Shown: positions 29,102 to 38,366 of the stretch, piece after piece | Layout: every line of letters begins with the position of its first letter | Numbering within the stretch: position 1 is the first letter of the stretch | Source of the DNA: Polyangiaceae bacterium | Lineage (GTDB): Bacteria > Myxococcota_A > Polyangia > Polyangiales > Polyangiaceae | NCBI GenBank assembly: GCA_044376115.1 | Contig: JBILLK010000008.1 | Coordinates: 224,001-288,000 of the forward strand | DNA: 64,000 bases | Reading direction: 5' to 3' | The notes under the pieces: model-generated | Databases searched by the model: none | Told to the model about the DNA's origin: nothing | The model's input: the letters and a program-made list of their open reading frames with translations, nothing else | Translations under genes and position numbers: made by a program

Positions 29102-30108
29102 TTGATCTCGAACGACTCCACGGCGTTATCCATGAAGCGCGGCACGAGCAGCGCCTTGCGCTTCTTGTCCCAACCAATGTCGGCCGGCGCTTTCACGCCG
29201 CTCACTGCGACCGTCCAATCGCTGGCGCCCTTCTTCTTCACGAACACCGTCGAGGCCTCCCAGCTCGAGACGAAGAGATCATCGCCGCCCTTGATGAAGC
29301 CGTCGAGCTGGCCCTTCGGGAGCTTGGCCGCGTCGACCTTGCCCTTTTCGGTGATCTTGTAGACCTCGCCGGAGCCGAAGGTATTGACCCAAACGTCCTT
29401 GCCGTCGATGTAGAGGCCGTTCGGCGCGCCGAGATCCGCTGACTTGAAGAGCGCCTTGGCCTTGCCCCCTTTGATCGTCCAGATCGCGTCGGTCCCCGTC
29501 GCCTTGAACTCTGCATTCAAGCCGGAGTCGGTCACGTAGATGGTGCCGTCGGCGCCAGCAGCGACGTCGTTGAGGAAGGTAGCGCCCTCGATCGCGACCT
29601 CACCCTTCGGCGCGCCGGTCTTCTTGTCGAACATGCGCACGACATTGATGTCGGCGACGTAGAGCACGCCCTTCGCGATGGCCATGCCTTTGGGCGCCGA
29701 GAGCTTCGTCTTGTCCTTGCCGCCCTCGACGAACTTCGTCAGGCCGGTCTTCGCCTTCTCGTTCGGATCATGCAGGCTGATGAAGCCGTTGTTGTCGTCT
29801 TCGAGCGGCTTTCCATTGATGTTCGAGACGAAGTAACGATCGGACTCCTCGTCATAGAGGACGCTCTCCGGCGTCGACAATCCGAACGATACGCGCACCG
29901 GCGCAGGCTCCGGTGACTCGACCACGGGAGCCGCAGACGCGCTTGCAGTGGCGGACGCGGTGGCCGTCGCAACCGGTGCAGACGCGCTGGGAGTTGCGCT
30001 CGCCGAAGGGACCGCGGTGAGGGTCGCATCGACTGGCGGGGACGACGACGATCCACCACACGCAGCGATTCCGCAGACCAACAGGTACGAATAGGAGACG
30101 CTCTTCAT
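29098..30108 (-). CDS. SMP-30/gluconolactonase-like beta-propeller lipoprotein
   Basis: TPESVLYD, FVSNING, APKGM, FLNDV, PNGL, LDG, PADIG. Confidence 0.85.
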   Translation of the reverse strand: MKSVSYSYLLVCGIAACGGSSSSPPVDATLTAVPSASATPSASAPVATATASATASASAAPVVESPEPAPVRVSFGLSTPESVLYDEESDRYFVSNINGKPLEDDNNGFISLHDPNEKAKTGLTKFVEGGKDKTKLSAPKGMAIAKGVLYVADINVVRMFDKKTGAPKGEVAIEGATFLNDVAAGADGTIYVTDSGLNAEFKATGTDAIWTIKGGKAKALFKSADLGAPNGLYIDGKDVWVNTFGSGEVYKITEKGKVDAAKLPKGQLDGFIKGGDDLFVSSWEASTVFVKKKGASDWTVAVSGVKAPADIGWDKKRKALLVPRFMDNAVESFEIK

Positions 30109-30192
30109 GCGCGCGCTATAGGTCGGTTTAGACCGTCTTGGAAGCGCTCAATCGGACCTGCAGAGCCGATGAATCGGCTACAGTCTTCGGCC

Positions 30193-31278
30193 ATGAAGCT
30201 TGGATCGCGAAGCTCGTACTCGTTGTTGATGCTTCTCATGTCAGGCTGCGTCGGGGGAACGGCCTCCGCGGGCGACGTTGGAGGTAGCTCGGCGACTGGG
30301 ACTGGCACCGGCGCAAACAGCGGAGTCTTCCCCGACGCTCAGTGGACCGTCAACCTACCGGACGGAAGCAGGACCTTCGCCGACGTGGATGGCCAAGAGT
30401 TCGCTGTCGTCGGCGTCGCGTTGCCCGGGCACTTGCGCTACCTCGATGCGGTTGGAGGGACGAGCTTTCAGCAGGACACCGGCCAGCTGGGCTGTCTCGC
30501 GCGAGGCGTGTCCGGGGAGACGGCTGTCGTGATCGACGACGAACTTCAGTTTCGCGATCTAGCCGGAGGTATCGCTTGGAGCGTGCCAGCCGAACAGCCC
30601 TGCCAATTAGCGATCGGCGTCGACCGCGTCGTCTTGGCCGAAGCACAAGGCGTGAGGGTCTTCAACATCAACGGCCAGGCCATCAATGCGCAGCCCACCA
30701 ATGTCGATATGGCGGTGATCGCCCCGTCCTCATCCTCCTATCGACGCACGCTCGACGTGGATGGCGTCATCGGCTACGCCAACCTAAACCACGTTGGGGG
30801 CCTCACGCTCGACGGAGAGCCGACCTTCGACCTCGACCTACCCGATATTGAGGTAAAGGCCGTCCGCGTGCGTGAAGTCGACGTCATCGTCGCCGGCACC
30901 ATCTCGAGCGCAGCGACGGTGTGCGGTCAAACCGTCAATGTTACGGCTGGGGACACGCGCGCGGTGCTGATGGCCTTCGCACCGAACGGGCAATGTGTTT
31001 GGAGTTATGAGCTAACGGAGGCGGGCGCTTCACCGCTCAGCGCCGACGTGCTCGACCTAGCCGTCGGCGGAGAAAGCCTGTTCGCGGTTGGTGAGTCATC
31101 GGCAGGCTTTGGTTGGGCAGACCAGCAACTCGAGGCCGGTAACTTCCTGGTTGAACTCTCGCTAAGCAACATAACGCCGGCCCGAGCGACCAATAGCGTA
31201 GTAGCCAATGCGATCGAACTGACGACGCAAGGCCACCTACTGACGGTTAGCGGCTCAGCAGTATCGCTACTTCACTGA
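30193..31278 (+). CDS. hypothetical lipoprotein, beta-propeller-like
   Basis: MSGC lipobox; beta-rich repeats with W..; start uncertain (30169 or 30193). Confidence 0.6.
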   Translation: MKLGSRSSYSLLMLLMSGCVGGTASAGDVGGSSATGTGTGANSGVFPDAQWTVNLPDGSRTFADVDGQEFAVVGVALPGHLRYLDAVGGTSFQQDTGQLGCLARGVSGETAVVIDDELQFRDLAGGIAWSVPAEQPCQLAIGVDRVVLAEAQGVRVFNINGQAINAQPTNVDMAVIAPSSSSYRRTLDVDGVIGYANLNHVGGLTLDGEPTFDLDLPDIEVKAVRVREVDVIVAGTISSAATVCGQTVNVTAGDTRAVLMAFAPNGQCVWSYELTEAGASPLSADVLDLAVGGESLFAVGESSAGFGWADQQLEAGNFLVELSLSNITPARATNSVVANAIELTTQGHLLTVSGSAVSLLH

Positions 31279-31345
31279 GCCGTTATCCGATTTAGGCCGC
31301 TAGCATCTTGGGCCGCTACTGCACTGAGCCGCTACCTTATTGAGC
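31248..31345. repeat. 16-bp-period degenerate tandem repeat (CGCTA-N6-TGAGC x5) plus one inverted copy
   Basis: Units cgctacttcactgagc / cgttatccgatttaggc / cgctagcatcttgggc / cgctactgcactgagc / cgctaccttattgagc; tagcggctca at 31248. Confidence 0.6.
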
Positions 31346-31357
31346 GCGGCTCCGGGC

Positions 31358-32521
31358 TCACTGGTCGGCGAGGATGCTGGTCTTGATTTCCTCGAAGCCA
31401 GCAAAGCCGTTGCCCGTCTCCATCACGTTGAGCTCCGGGTCCACGAGCACCCACGAGGGATACCCAGTCTCGACGTCGCCGAAGACCGGAATGAACATCG
31501 AAAGGCCCCACGCGCGGTCCGCGAGCACCGGCGACGTGAGTTCAAAGTTCTCCGTCCAGGTGGTCAACATGGCCTTCGTCGTCTTACCGAACACATCGCT
31601 GAGCGAAGGCGCCATCAAGGTGATGACGTGCACGGTGATGCCTTGCGCCGCCATATCAGCGACGAACGCTTCCTCTTCCCCCGCCATCGCCTGACACGGA
31701 GGACAATCCCGAGCGGCCATATCAATCAACAGGTAGCCACCCTTGAAATCGTGAAGGCGGACATACTCGCCACAACCATCGAGGAACACACCGTCAGGCA
31801 CGGTTTGGCCGTCCACAATCGTGTAGTCCCCCGTGTACGGAGCCGGATCGGCCTTGGGCCAACCGCAGGTATAGCTCTCCGCCGCGACGAAGCCGTGGTG
31901 CGCCTCCCCTTCTTCCACGCCGAGCGTAAGTTCACCCGCGATCCCGAAGGACATCGTGCCGCCCGCCGTCACCTCGAGATCCGCGACGCTGTGCTGCGTG
32001 CCGATGGTGTTTCCGTCGAGCGTCATCGTGCCGAACTCGGCGGTGATCGGAACGCCGCGGTACATCACACCGTTGGCGTAGCCGATCCACTCTTCCTCGG
32101 CCGGATCGAACTCGGAGACCTGCGAGTAGCAATCATCCTTGCCGCTGGTCATCTCGACCGTCGCTCGGAACATCACCTCGCAAGACGGGCATAGCCACGG
32201 CTGCGACGAGTCCTCCACTCCCTCGTAATGCCGAACGTACGTGCAGTCGGTGGCGCCCGCGGTCTGCGCGGTTGCGTCAAAGGCTACCGTCCAGGTGATG
32301 TCGCCTGACATCGTCCGACGAGAGCCCGGGCCCGGCTCCACGGTGCCGCCGGTTCCACCATCGCCGCCGCCCGGCCCGGCTGCGCCCTGGTTGACGACGC
32401 CCCCGGCGCCGCCAGCGTTATTGCTTTCTCCAGCGCTACCGCCGGTGCCGGTGCCTCCGTCATCACAGCCAGCCGTGAGAAGAGCCACGAGTCCGAACGC
32501 GAAGAGCGGGCGATTCAGCAT
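31358..32521 (-). CDS. lipoprotein with C-terminal TlpA/redoxin domain
   Basis: LTAGC lipobox; VRLHDFKG..LLIDMAARDCPPCQ; PVLAD; GYPSWVLVDP. Confidence 0.85.
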   Translation of the reverse strand: MLNRPLFAFGLVALLTAGCDDGGTGTGGSAGESNNAGGAGGVVNQGAAGPGGGDGGTGGTVEPGPGSRRTMSGDITWTVAFDATAQTAGATDCTYVRHYEGVEDSSQPWLCPSCEVMFRATVEMTSGKDDCYSQVSEFDPAEEEWIGYANGVMYRGVPITAEFGTMTLDGNTIGTQHSVADLEVTAGGTMSFGIAGELTLGVEEGEAHHGFVAAESYTCGWPKADPAPYTGDYTIVDGQTVPDGVFLDGCGEYVRLHDFKGGYLLIDMAARDCPPCQAMAGEEEAFVADMAAQGITVHVITLMAPSLSDVFGKTTKAMLTTWTENFELTSPVLADRAWGLSMFIPVFGDVETGYPSWVLVDPELNVMETGNGFAGFEEIKTSILADQ

Positions 32522-32576
32522 CTCCCAGCCCTACACCAAAGCGGCATAGGGCACTACTCGGATAGCGCGCAAAAGC

Positions 32577-34511
32577 TCAGGGAAACTCGCATTGCTGCGT
32601 CGTGTCGTTGCAGAAGGAGCCGGGCTGTATGAATGGGCACACATCCCCGAAGAACGCTGTGCACGGCGGGCCGCACGCCTTGACCGTGTGGTCGTAACAG
32701 ATCTGGTTATTGGCGCATTCACTGGTGTTCGCACAGCGACAGTTGAAGTCGTCAATCACGTTGTTGCCGGTCTCATCGATGCCGTTGCAACACTCGGTGA
32801 CGTAGACATCGCTGGCGCTGCAATCTTCATCGCCACAATCGATAGTGCCGTCGCAGTCGTTGTCTTCACCGTCGGTGCAACGCATGGGGGCGAACTCGGG
32901 CTCCGGCGGCGAACCGCCGTTGCAATTGAAGCAAAGCGCGGTGGTCGTGCAATCCGGGTCGGCGCAATCCACATAGACGTCACCGTCGTTGTCCAGCCCG
33001 TCTCCGCACAGCTCGGGGGGGTTCGGCACGATGTCGACGTTGAGCTGGAACGGGCCTTCATTGGCGCCCTGGTTGGGGTCCACCGTGAAGCCGTCGAGGA
33101 AGACGAAGTAGGTCCCCGGATAGAGGATGGTGAAGTCGAGGTTGGCCGCGAGCGCGCCAGCGCTGTCGTCATCACAGCCGATCTCGAGCCCAGTGTTGCA
33201 GGCGCCCGTGCGCACGTAGAGCGTCGAGTCGAAGGAGGTCCCACTCGAATCGAGATGCACGAACGACGGCTCATTGAGCACGAAGAAGAAGACGGCCTCC
33301 CCAGCGTCACCGCCGCAGGCGCCCTTGGTCTCGCTCACGTTGCCGGTGGTGTCGCCGAAGAAGCTACCTGAACCGCCGATCAACTTGGGCGATAGGCAGT
33401 TAGCCTGGGCCTGCTGACATACAGGGGTATTGGCGCACTCTTCATCTTGGCAATCTGCATTACCGTCGCCGTCGTCATCAAGGCCGTTGTTGCAGATCTC
33501 CGCTACGGCCTCGCAGCCCGGCGCAAAAACGCAGGCTGAGTCGGCGCAATCGATGATTAGGTCACAGTCGTTGTCGATGCCGTCATTGCAGATCTCTGGT
33601 TCACAGTTCTGGCAGGTTGGAGAGGCCGCACAATTGGGGTCGGCGCAATCGGGCTGACCGTCACAATCGTTGTCGAAGCCATCACCGCAGACCTCGGGTG
33701 ACCCCGGAGGGACGCAGGCGCAGGGAAAGACGCCCTGGCAGTTCGGGTCGGCGCAATCCACCAGCAGATCGCAATCGTTGTCGCTCCCGTCGAAGCAATC
33801 CTCGAAGTTGTCGAGGCACTGGCACTGCTCTTCGGAGAAGCAGTCGGAGTCATCACAATCAAAGGCGCCGTCGCAGTCTTCGTCAAAGCCGTTGAAACAG
33901 GAGCCCGCCTCCGACGGCGCGCAGCCGCACGCCGGTGTTCCAACGCATTGCGAATCGAAGCAATCGACGATCTCATCGCAGTCGTCGTCCTGGCCGTTGT
34001 TGCAGTCTTCATCCACCGGCGTGCAACCGCAGTTGGGGACGTTGAAGCAGGCCGGGTCGAAGCAGTCCTCTACGCCGTTGCAGTCGTTGTCCGAACCGTC
34101 GAAGCAGTTCTCCGGCTGAATGGGCGAGACCTGAGGATTGAGGTCGTTGCAATCGGGACCGCCACACGCGGTCGCAACGAAGCCGTCTTGATCGTCGTCA
34201 CGTTCGGGGAAGCTGCACTCACCGTTGTTGCAGAGGTTGGAGGTGCATGCGTCGAAGTCCTCGCACTCGGAGGCAACGATGCAGCCCGGCCCGCCGCCGA
34301 CCGGCCCACCGCCCACCGGCCCGCCTCCTGGCCCAGGGCCGCCGCCCACCGGTCCGCCACCGGGACCAGGGCCGGAGCCACCGCCTCCGGGGCCGCTGGC
34401 CCCTCCACCGCTCCCGCCCTCTTCTCCCACCGGAAGATCGAGCGCAGCGCGGCCGCAGGAAGTGGCCATCCCGAGTACAAGCAACCCAAGGATTCGGTGG
34501 TTCAATCGCAT
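32577..34511 (-). CDS. Cys/Asp-rich repeat lipoprotein (MopE-like metal-binding motif repeats, PPC-like domain)
   Basis: ATSC lipobox; ~10 copies of E.C.DG.DNDCDG..DC.D..C; FDSTLYVR, PGTYFVFLDG. Confidence 0.85.
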   Translation of the reverse strand: MRLNHRILGLLVLGMATSCGRAALDLPVGEEGGSGGGASGPGGGGSGPGPGGGPVGGGPGPGGGPVGGGPVGGGPGCIVASECEDFDACTSNLCNNGECSFPERDDDQDGFVATACGGPDCNDLNPQVSPIQPENCFDGSDNDCNGVEDCFDPACFNVPNCGCTPVDEDCNNGQDDDCDEIVDCFDSQCVGTPACGCAPSEAGSCFNGFDEDCDGAFDCDDSDCFSEEQCQCLDNFEDCFDGSDNDCDLLVDCADPNCQGVFPCACVPPGSPEVCGDGFDNDCDGQPDCADPNCAASPTCQNCEPEICNDGIDNDCDLIIDCADSACVFAPGCEAVAEICNNGLDDDGDGNADCQDEECANTPVCQQAQANCLSPKLIGGSGSFFGDTTGNVSETKGACGGDAGEAVFFFVLNEPSFVHLDSSGTSFDSTLYVRTGACNTGLEIGCDDDSAGALAANLDFTILYPGTYFVFLDGFTVDPNQGANEGPFQLNVDIVPNPPELCGDGLDNDGDVYVDCADPDCTTTALCFNCNGGSPPEPEFAPMRCTDGEDNDCDGTIDCGDEDCSASDVYVTECCNGIDETGNNVIDDFNCRCANTSECANNQICYDHTVKACGPPCTAFFGDVCPFIQPGSFCNDTTQQCEFP

Positions 34512-34709
34512 CGAGCCAACGATAGGCCGAGCAACCCAAAGCGACGGCTTAAATTCGGATCAAAACGCTTAAACGAACGACGTTGACCAAAGGGTGACAG
34601 CGCGGTGACTTGCGGCTCGCAGGCTTGGCCGTTAGAAGCACGCAGTGCAGACGAGCGAGACGAGTGACTTAACGCTGGGTCTACGAGGCGGTGGGCGCGG
34701 TGCCGAACC

Positions 34710-34869
34710 GATGGACCTACTCAAGGTCTCGGCGGTCGCGCTGGTCGTCGCGCTCGCGATCGGGGTCTACTTGGCCTTTCGCCTATGGGGTCGCAAACGC
34801 GACCTCGCACCAAACTCGTCGCGTAGCTCCTTCCGTCCGCCGCCGCCCTCGGTGCCGCCGTCTCGTTGA
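34710..34869 (+). CDS. small single-pass membrane protein
   Basis: MDLLKVSAVALVVALAIGVYLAF; stop 3 nt before next gene. Confidence 0.5.
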
Positions 34870-34872
34870 AGG

Positions 34873-35880
34873 ATGAGCCAGAACGCACAAGCGACCTCCT
34901 CGATGGGCAAGCGATTACTGCTCGGCATGTTGCTGGGCGTGGTCGTCTACGGCGTTCTGGTGGCGTTGCGTGGCTTCGATAAAGTCGCAGCTGAACTTTC
35001 GTATTTTCATTGGTGGGCGTTCGCCGCAGCCTGCGGTCTCTCGCTCATCAACTACTGCCTGCGTTTCATCAAGTGGGAGTACTACCTCAGCGTTCTGGAC
35101 ATTCGGGGCGTGCCCAAGGGCGAGAGCTTTCTGATTTTTCTCTCGGGCTTCGTGCTCACGGTAACCCCAGGCAAAGTGGGGGAAGTGTTCAAGTCCTGGG
35201 TGCTGCGCGAGCTTCGTGACGTCCCGGTGGAGAGGTCCGCGCCCATCGTGTTCGCCGAGCGAATCACCGATCTAATCGGCATGATCATGCTGATCAGCAT
35301 CGGCTCCTCGGCCTTCCCGGGCGGGGCGCTGTGGGCCGCCGCAGGCGCTGTAGTCGTCGGGGCGTTGCTCGGCTTTGTGGCGATCCCGGGCCTCGGGTTG
35401 AAGTTGCTGGCGGGGCTGGCGCGCTTGCCGTTTCGGCTCGGGCCGATCTTCGCGCGGCTCACGCCGAAGATCGCTTCGGCACTCGACAGCGTGCGCGAGC
35501 TCACTCGGGCGCGGCATTTGGTCGTTCCCACGCTGCTCTCGCTGGTCGGCTGGGCACTCGAAGGCGTGGGCGTCTTTCTGCTGTTGCGTGGCTTTGGCGC
35601 CTCCCTCGACGTATTGCGGGCCACGTTTTTCTACGCCACCGCGACCTTGGCCGGTGCGCTGGTGCCGGTGCCCGGCGGCTTGGGCGTCACCGAGAAAGTT
35701 TTGGAAGAGAGCATGGTCGGCCTCGGTGGTGTGCCTTCGGCCACCGCAACGGCGGCAATGTTGCTCGCGCGGCTCGGGACACTTTGGTTTGCCGTGCTAT
35801 TGGGATTTGTGGCGCTCTTTCTCCTTCGCCTCCGGAACCCCAAGCTGCTAGCCACTGCTTCGCCTCGCACTTCTACGTGA
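34873..35880 (+). CDS. lysylphosphatidylglycerol-synthase TM domain / flippase-like (UPF0104) protein
   Basis: LRFIKWEYYL, TPGKVGEVFK, AERITDL, PGGLGVTE, RLGTLWF. Confidence 0.88.
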   Translation: MSQNAQATSSMGKRLLLGMLLGVVVYGVLVALRGFDKVAAELSYFHWWAFAAACGLSLINYCLRFIKWEYYLSVLDIRGVPKGESFLIFLSGFVLTVTPGKVGEVFKSWVLRELRDVPVERSAPIVFAERITDLIGMIMLISIGSSAFPGGALWAAAGAVVVGALLGFVAIPGLGLKLLAGLARLPFRLGPIFARLTPKIASALDSVRELTRARHLVVPTLLSLVGWALEGVGVFLLLRGFGASLDVLRATFFYATATLAGALVPVPGGLGVTEKVLEESMVGLGGVPSATATAAMLLARLGTLWFAVLLGFVALFLLRLRNPKLLATASPRTST

Positions 35881-35965
35881 GGGCTCTCGGGGCACAAGAA
35901 CGAATACGCTTGAACTTTTCGCCCACACCATGCTAGCCCCCTTCGTGTAGGTTTCTTTAGGGCTC

Positions 35966-36610
35966 GTGCGCAAGGCGCGCGGCCGCCAGAAAAAAGACGC
36001 AATCATGCAGACCGTCGAACGCGGCCTTCCGCTTGTCCAACACACGATCACCGCTCTGAAGGCGCGCATCGCCAAGAGAGGCGGAGAGTCGCCCGTGGGC
36101 GCCGGCCGCGCCGCACTCGACACGCTCGAGTCGCGGTTGATGGTGGAGCTTCCGCCAACGTTGCGTGCCTTCCTCTCTTTCGACTTCACGTTCGCCTCGC
36201 TCGGCAAGGGTTTCCACGGCCGCGCTCGCTTCGGCAGCTCGGCTTCGGCGCCTAAGCCGCGGCTCACCAGCGTGCGCAAACTGGCGGAGTCCAAGACTGA
36301 GCTCGGTTGGACGGACTCGCGCATCCGCACCAAGTTGGTGCGCATGCCCAACCGGCCGCGGCATCCGTGGCACGCGCTCTACCTCGGAGAGGCCCGCCGT
36401 GACGGCGAGCTCATCATCCTCGGCGCCGAGCACGAGGACACGTTGGTGCGCTTCTGGCCGCGTTACACCGCTTTTGACCTCTACATCGCTGAACAAGCCG
36501 GCGTGATCGAGCTGACGGATTCCCAACGGCTCGAGGATCTCGAGTCCCATCTCGCTCTCAATCCTGAGTTGGGCACCGGTGAAGACGCCGACGACGGCGA
36601 CGACTACTAA
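35966..36610 (+). CDS. hypothetical protein, SMI1/KNR4 (SUKH)-like
   Basis: ALDTLESRLMVELPPTLRAFL motif. Confidence 0.55.
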   Translation: MRKARGRQKKDAIMQTVERGLPLVQHTITALKARIAKRGGESPVGAGRAALDTLESRLMVELPPTLRAFLSFDFTFASLGKGFHGRARFGSSASAPKPRLTSVRKLAESKTELGWTDSRIRTKLVRMPNRPRHPWHALYLGEARRDGELIILGAEHEDTLVRFWPRYTAFDLYIAEQAGVIELTDSQRLEDLESHLALNPELGTGEDADDGDDY

Positions 36611-37619
36611 CGAGCCCATCGCCCTGCTGGTCGTCGCCAGCGGAGAGCGGGCTGACAAGTTTGTCGCTTTGGCGCTCGAGGCTCGCGGTCTCGCGGTCTC
36701 GCGAGCGCGCATTCAGCGTTGGTGTGAAGAGGGCCTGGTTACGCGCAGCAACCAAGCCCTTAAGTCCTCATCGTTGTTACGAGCTGGGGACGAGCTCGTG
36801 GTGCGCCCAGTCGCCGATGAACCGAGCGACCTCATCCCCGATCCCAGCGTGGTGATTGACGTGGTGTACGAGGATGACGATCTCGTCGTGGTGCACAAGC
36901 CGGCGCACTTGGTCGTGCATCCAGCCAAGAGCCATCGTGAAAAGACGCTGATTCACGGGCTGCTCGCCCGCGGCGGCTTCGACAAGGGCACGCTGGAGGA
37001 CTGCACCCGGCCTGGCATCGTGCACCGCATCGACAAGGGCACCAGCGGCCTGCTGGTGGTGGCCAAGAAGGTCGCCACGCGCGAGAAGCTGAAGGAGCTC
37101 TTCCAACAACATCGCATCGATCGTGAGTATGTCGCGCTCGTGGTTGGAACCGCGCAATCCGCCACGTACGACACAGCGCACGGTCGTCACGAGACGGATC
37201 GGCTGCGCTTCACCTCGCTGCGGCCTGCCGGCACCCCTCGCCGAGCGATCACCCACATCGCGGTGGTCGAGCAGCTGCACGGGCTCACGCTCGTACGTTG
37301 CACGCTGGAGACCGGACGCACCCATCAGATCCGGGTGCATCTGAGTGAACGCTCCGGCACGCCCATCCTGGGTGATCCCGTCTACGGTGCCCGACCGAAG
37401 GATCCGGCCATTCGTGCACTGGGCGAGGCCCTCGGCAGGCAAGCTTTGCACGCCCAAGTGCTCGGCTTCGTCCACCCGCGAACGCGCAAGAAGCTTCGTT
37501 TCGAGCGGCCACCACCGGCCGATTTTCAGCACGCCCTCGCGGTCGCTCGCGAACGCACGGCAACCGCCGAGGCAATCTCCTTGCGCACGACCACCGCTCG
37601 GAACAAAACCCAACGATGA
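36579..37619 (+). CDS. rluD: 23S rRNA pseudouridine synthase, RluA family with S4 domain
   Basis: KPAHLVVHP, GIVHRIDKGTSGLL, LETGRTHQIRVH, ILGDPVYG, RQALHA; start approximate. Confidence 0.92.
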   Translation: MKTPTTATTTNEPIALLVVASGERADKFVALALEARGLAVSRARIQRWCEEGLVTRSNQALKSSSLLRAGDELVVRPVADEPSDLIPDPSVVIDVVYEDDDLVVVHKPAHLVVHPAKSHREKTLIHGLLARGGFDKGTLEDCTRPGIVHRIDKGTSGLLVVAKKVATREKLKELFQQHRIDREYVALVVGTAQSATYDTAHGRHETDRLRFTSLRPAGTPRRAITHIAVVEQLHGLTLVRCTLETGRTHQIRVHLSERSGTPILGDPVYGARPKDPAIRALGEALGRQALHAQVLGFVHPRTRKKLRFERPPPADFQHALAVARERTATAEAISLRTTTARNKTQR

Positions 37620-38032
37620 GCCAGCTCGAGATACGAGAGAACGCCTTCGGTCGCGTCGAGATCGACCGCGAGAGCAGGATCGTCCGGCTCGTTCGCACGG
37701 CCAACGCCCTCACGCCAGAGGCACTGGAGACCGTCGTTGCGGATTTCCAGCTGTCGGTGCCGCTACGCGAGCGCGCGGGACTGGTCCTGCTTCAGGACAT
37801 GCGCCTCGCACCAATGGTGCGCGACGCGGCGCTCGAACAGGCGCTGCTAGCGGCGATCCCTCATCTCAGCACCCGCTTCGCGGCGCGCGCGGTACTGCTC
37901 GCAACAGCGGTGGGCAGGCTTCAAGCCAATCGCTTCGCCTCTCACGCAATAGGCGAAGTCAAAACCTTCACCGACGAAGCCGAGGCCATGCGCTACTTGC
38001 GCGAGCAAGCCAGCAAGCTCCGGCCAGCGTAG
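37616..38032 (+). CDS. small hypothetical protein (STAS/SpoIIAA-like)
   Basis: LLQDMRLAP, AVLLATAVGRLQ, FTDEAEA; ATGA overlap. Confidence 0.65.
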   Translation: MSQLEIRENAFGRVEIDRESRIVRLVRTANALTPEALETVVADFQLSVPLRERAGLVLLQDMRLAPMVRDAALEQALLAAIPHLSTRFAARAVLLATAVGRLQANRFASHAIGEVKTFTDEAEAMRYLREQASKLRPA

Positions 38033-38048
38033 GCCGGCCAGGTGAGGC

Positions 38049-38312
38049 TCACCAAACCTTCGATTTTACGTGGCCTTTGGACTTGATCAGGATGTCCACC
38101 AGCGCCCGATCGTAGAAATTGCGGTGATAAAGGTCGGCTGAAACGCGGCTCTTGTAGAGCGCGCGCCCCTCTTCGATCTCTTCCGCGAGGTTCGAGAAGA
38201 GGTTGTCCTCTTCGATACCTTTTTTGATCTTGTCTTCGTTGTAGAGCGAGAGGTCGCTGGCAATCGCGCGAGCTAGGCGGCGGGCGGCTTCTTCCGTCTC
38301 AATGAGGGCCAT
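38049..38312 (-). CDS. small hypothetical protein (deltaproteobacterial/myxobacterial type)
   Basis: AARRLARAIASDLSLYNEDKI...EIEEGRALYKSRV; coding-like codon usage. Confidence 0.8.
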   Translation of the reverse strand: MALIETEEAARRLARAIASDLSLYNEDKIKKGIEEDNLFSNLAEEIEEGRALYKSRVSADLYHRNFYDRALVDILIKSKGHVKSKVW

Positions 38313-38366
38313 GCGGCGCATCATCGGGCGGATCGGTAATTCTGTCAAAAGGGTTGCCGTTCTTCT

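Noticed and set aside
31265..31345. CRISPR array
   Set aside because: Units are 16 bp with 6-nt variable parts; no cas genes in the window
1956..34500. Integron cassette array
   Set aside because: Genes are in mixed orientation; no recurring attC-like site or intI seen
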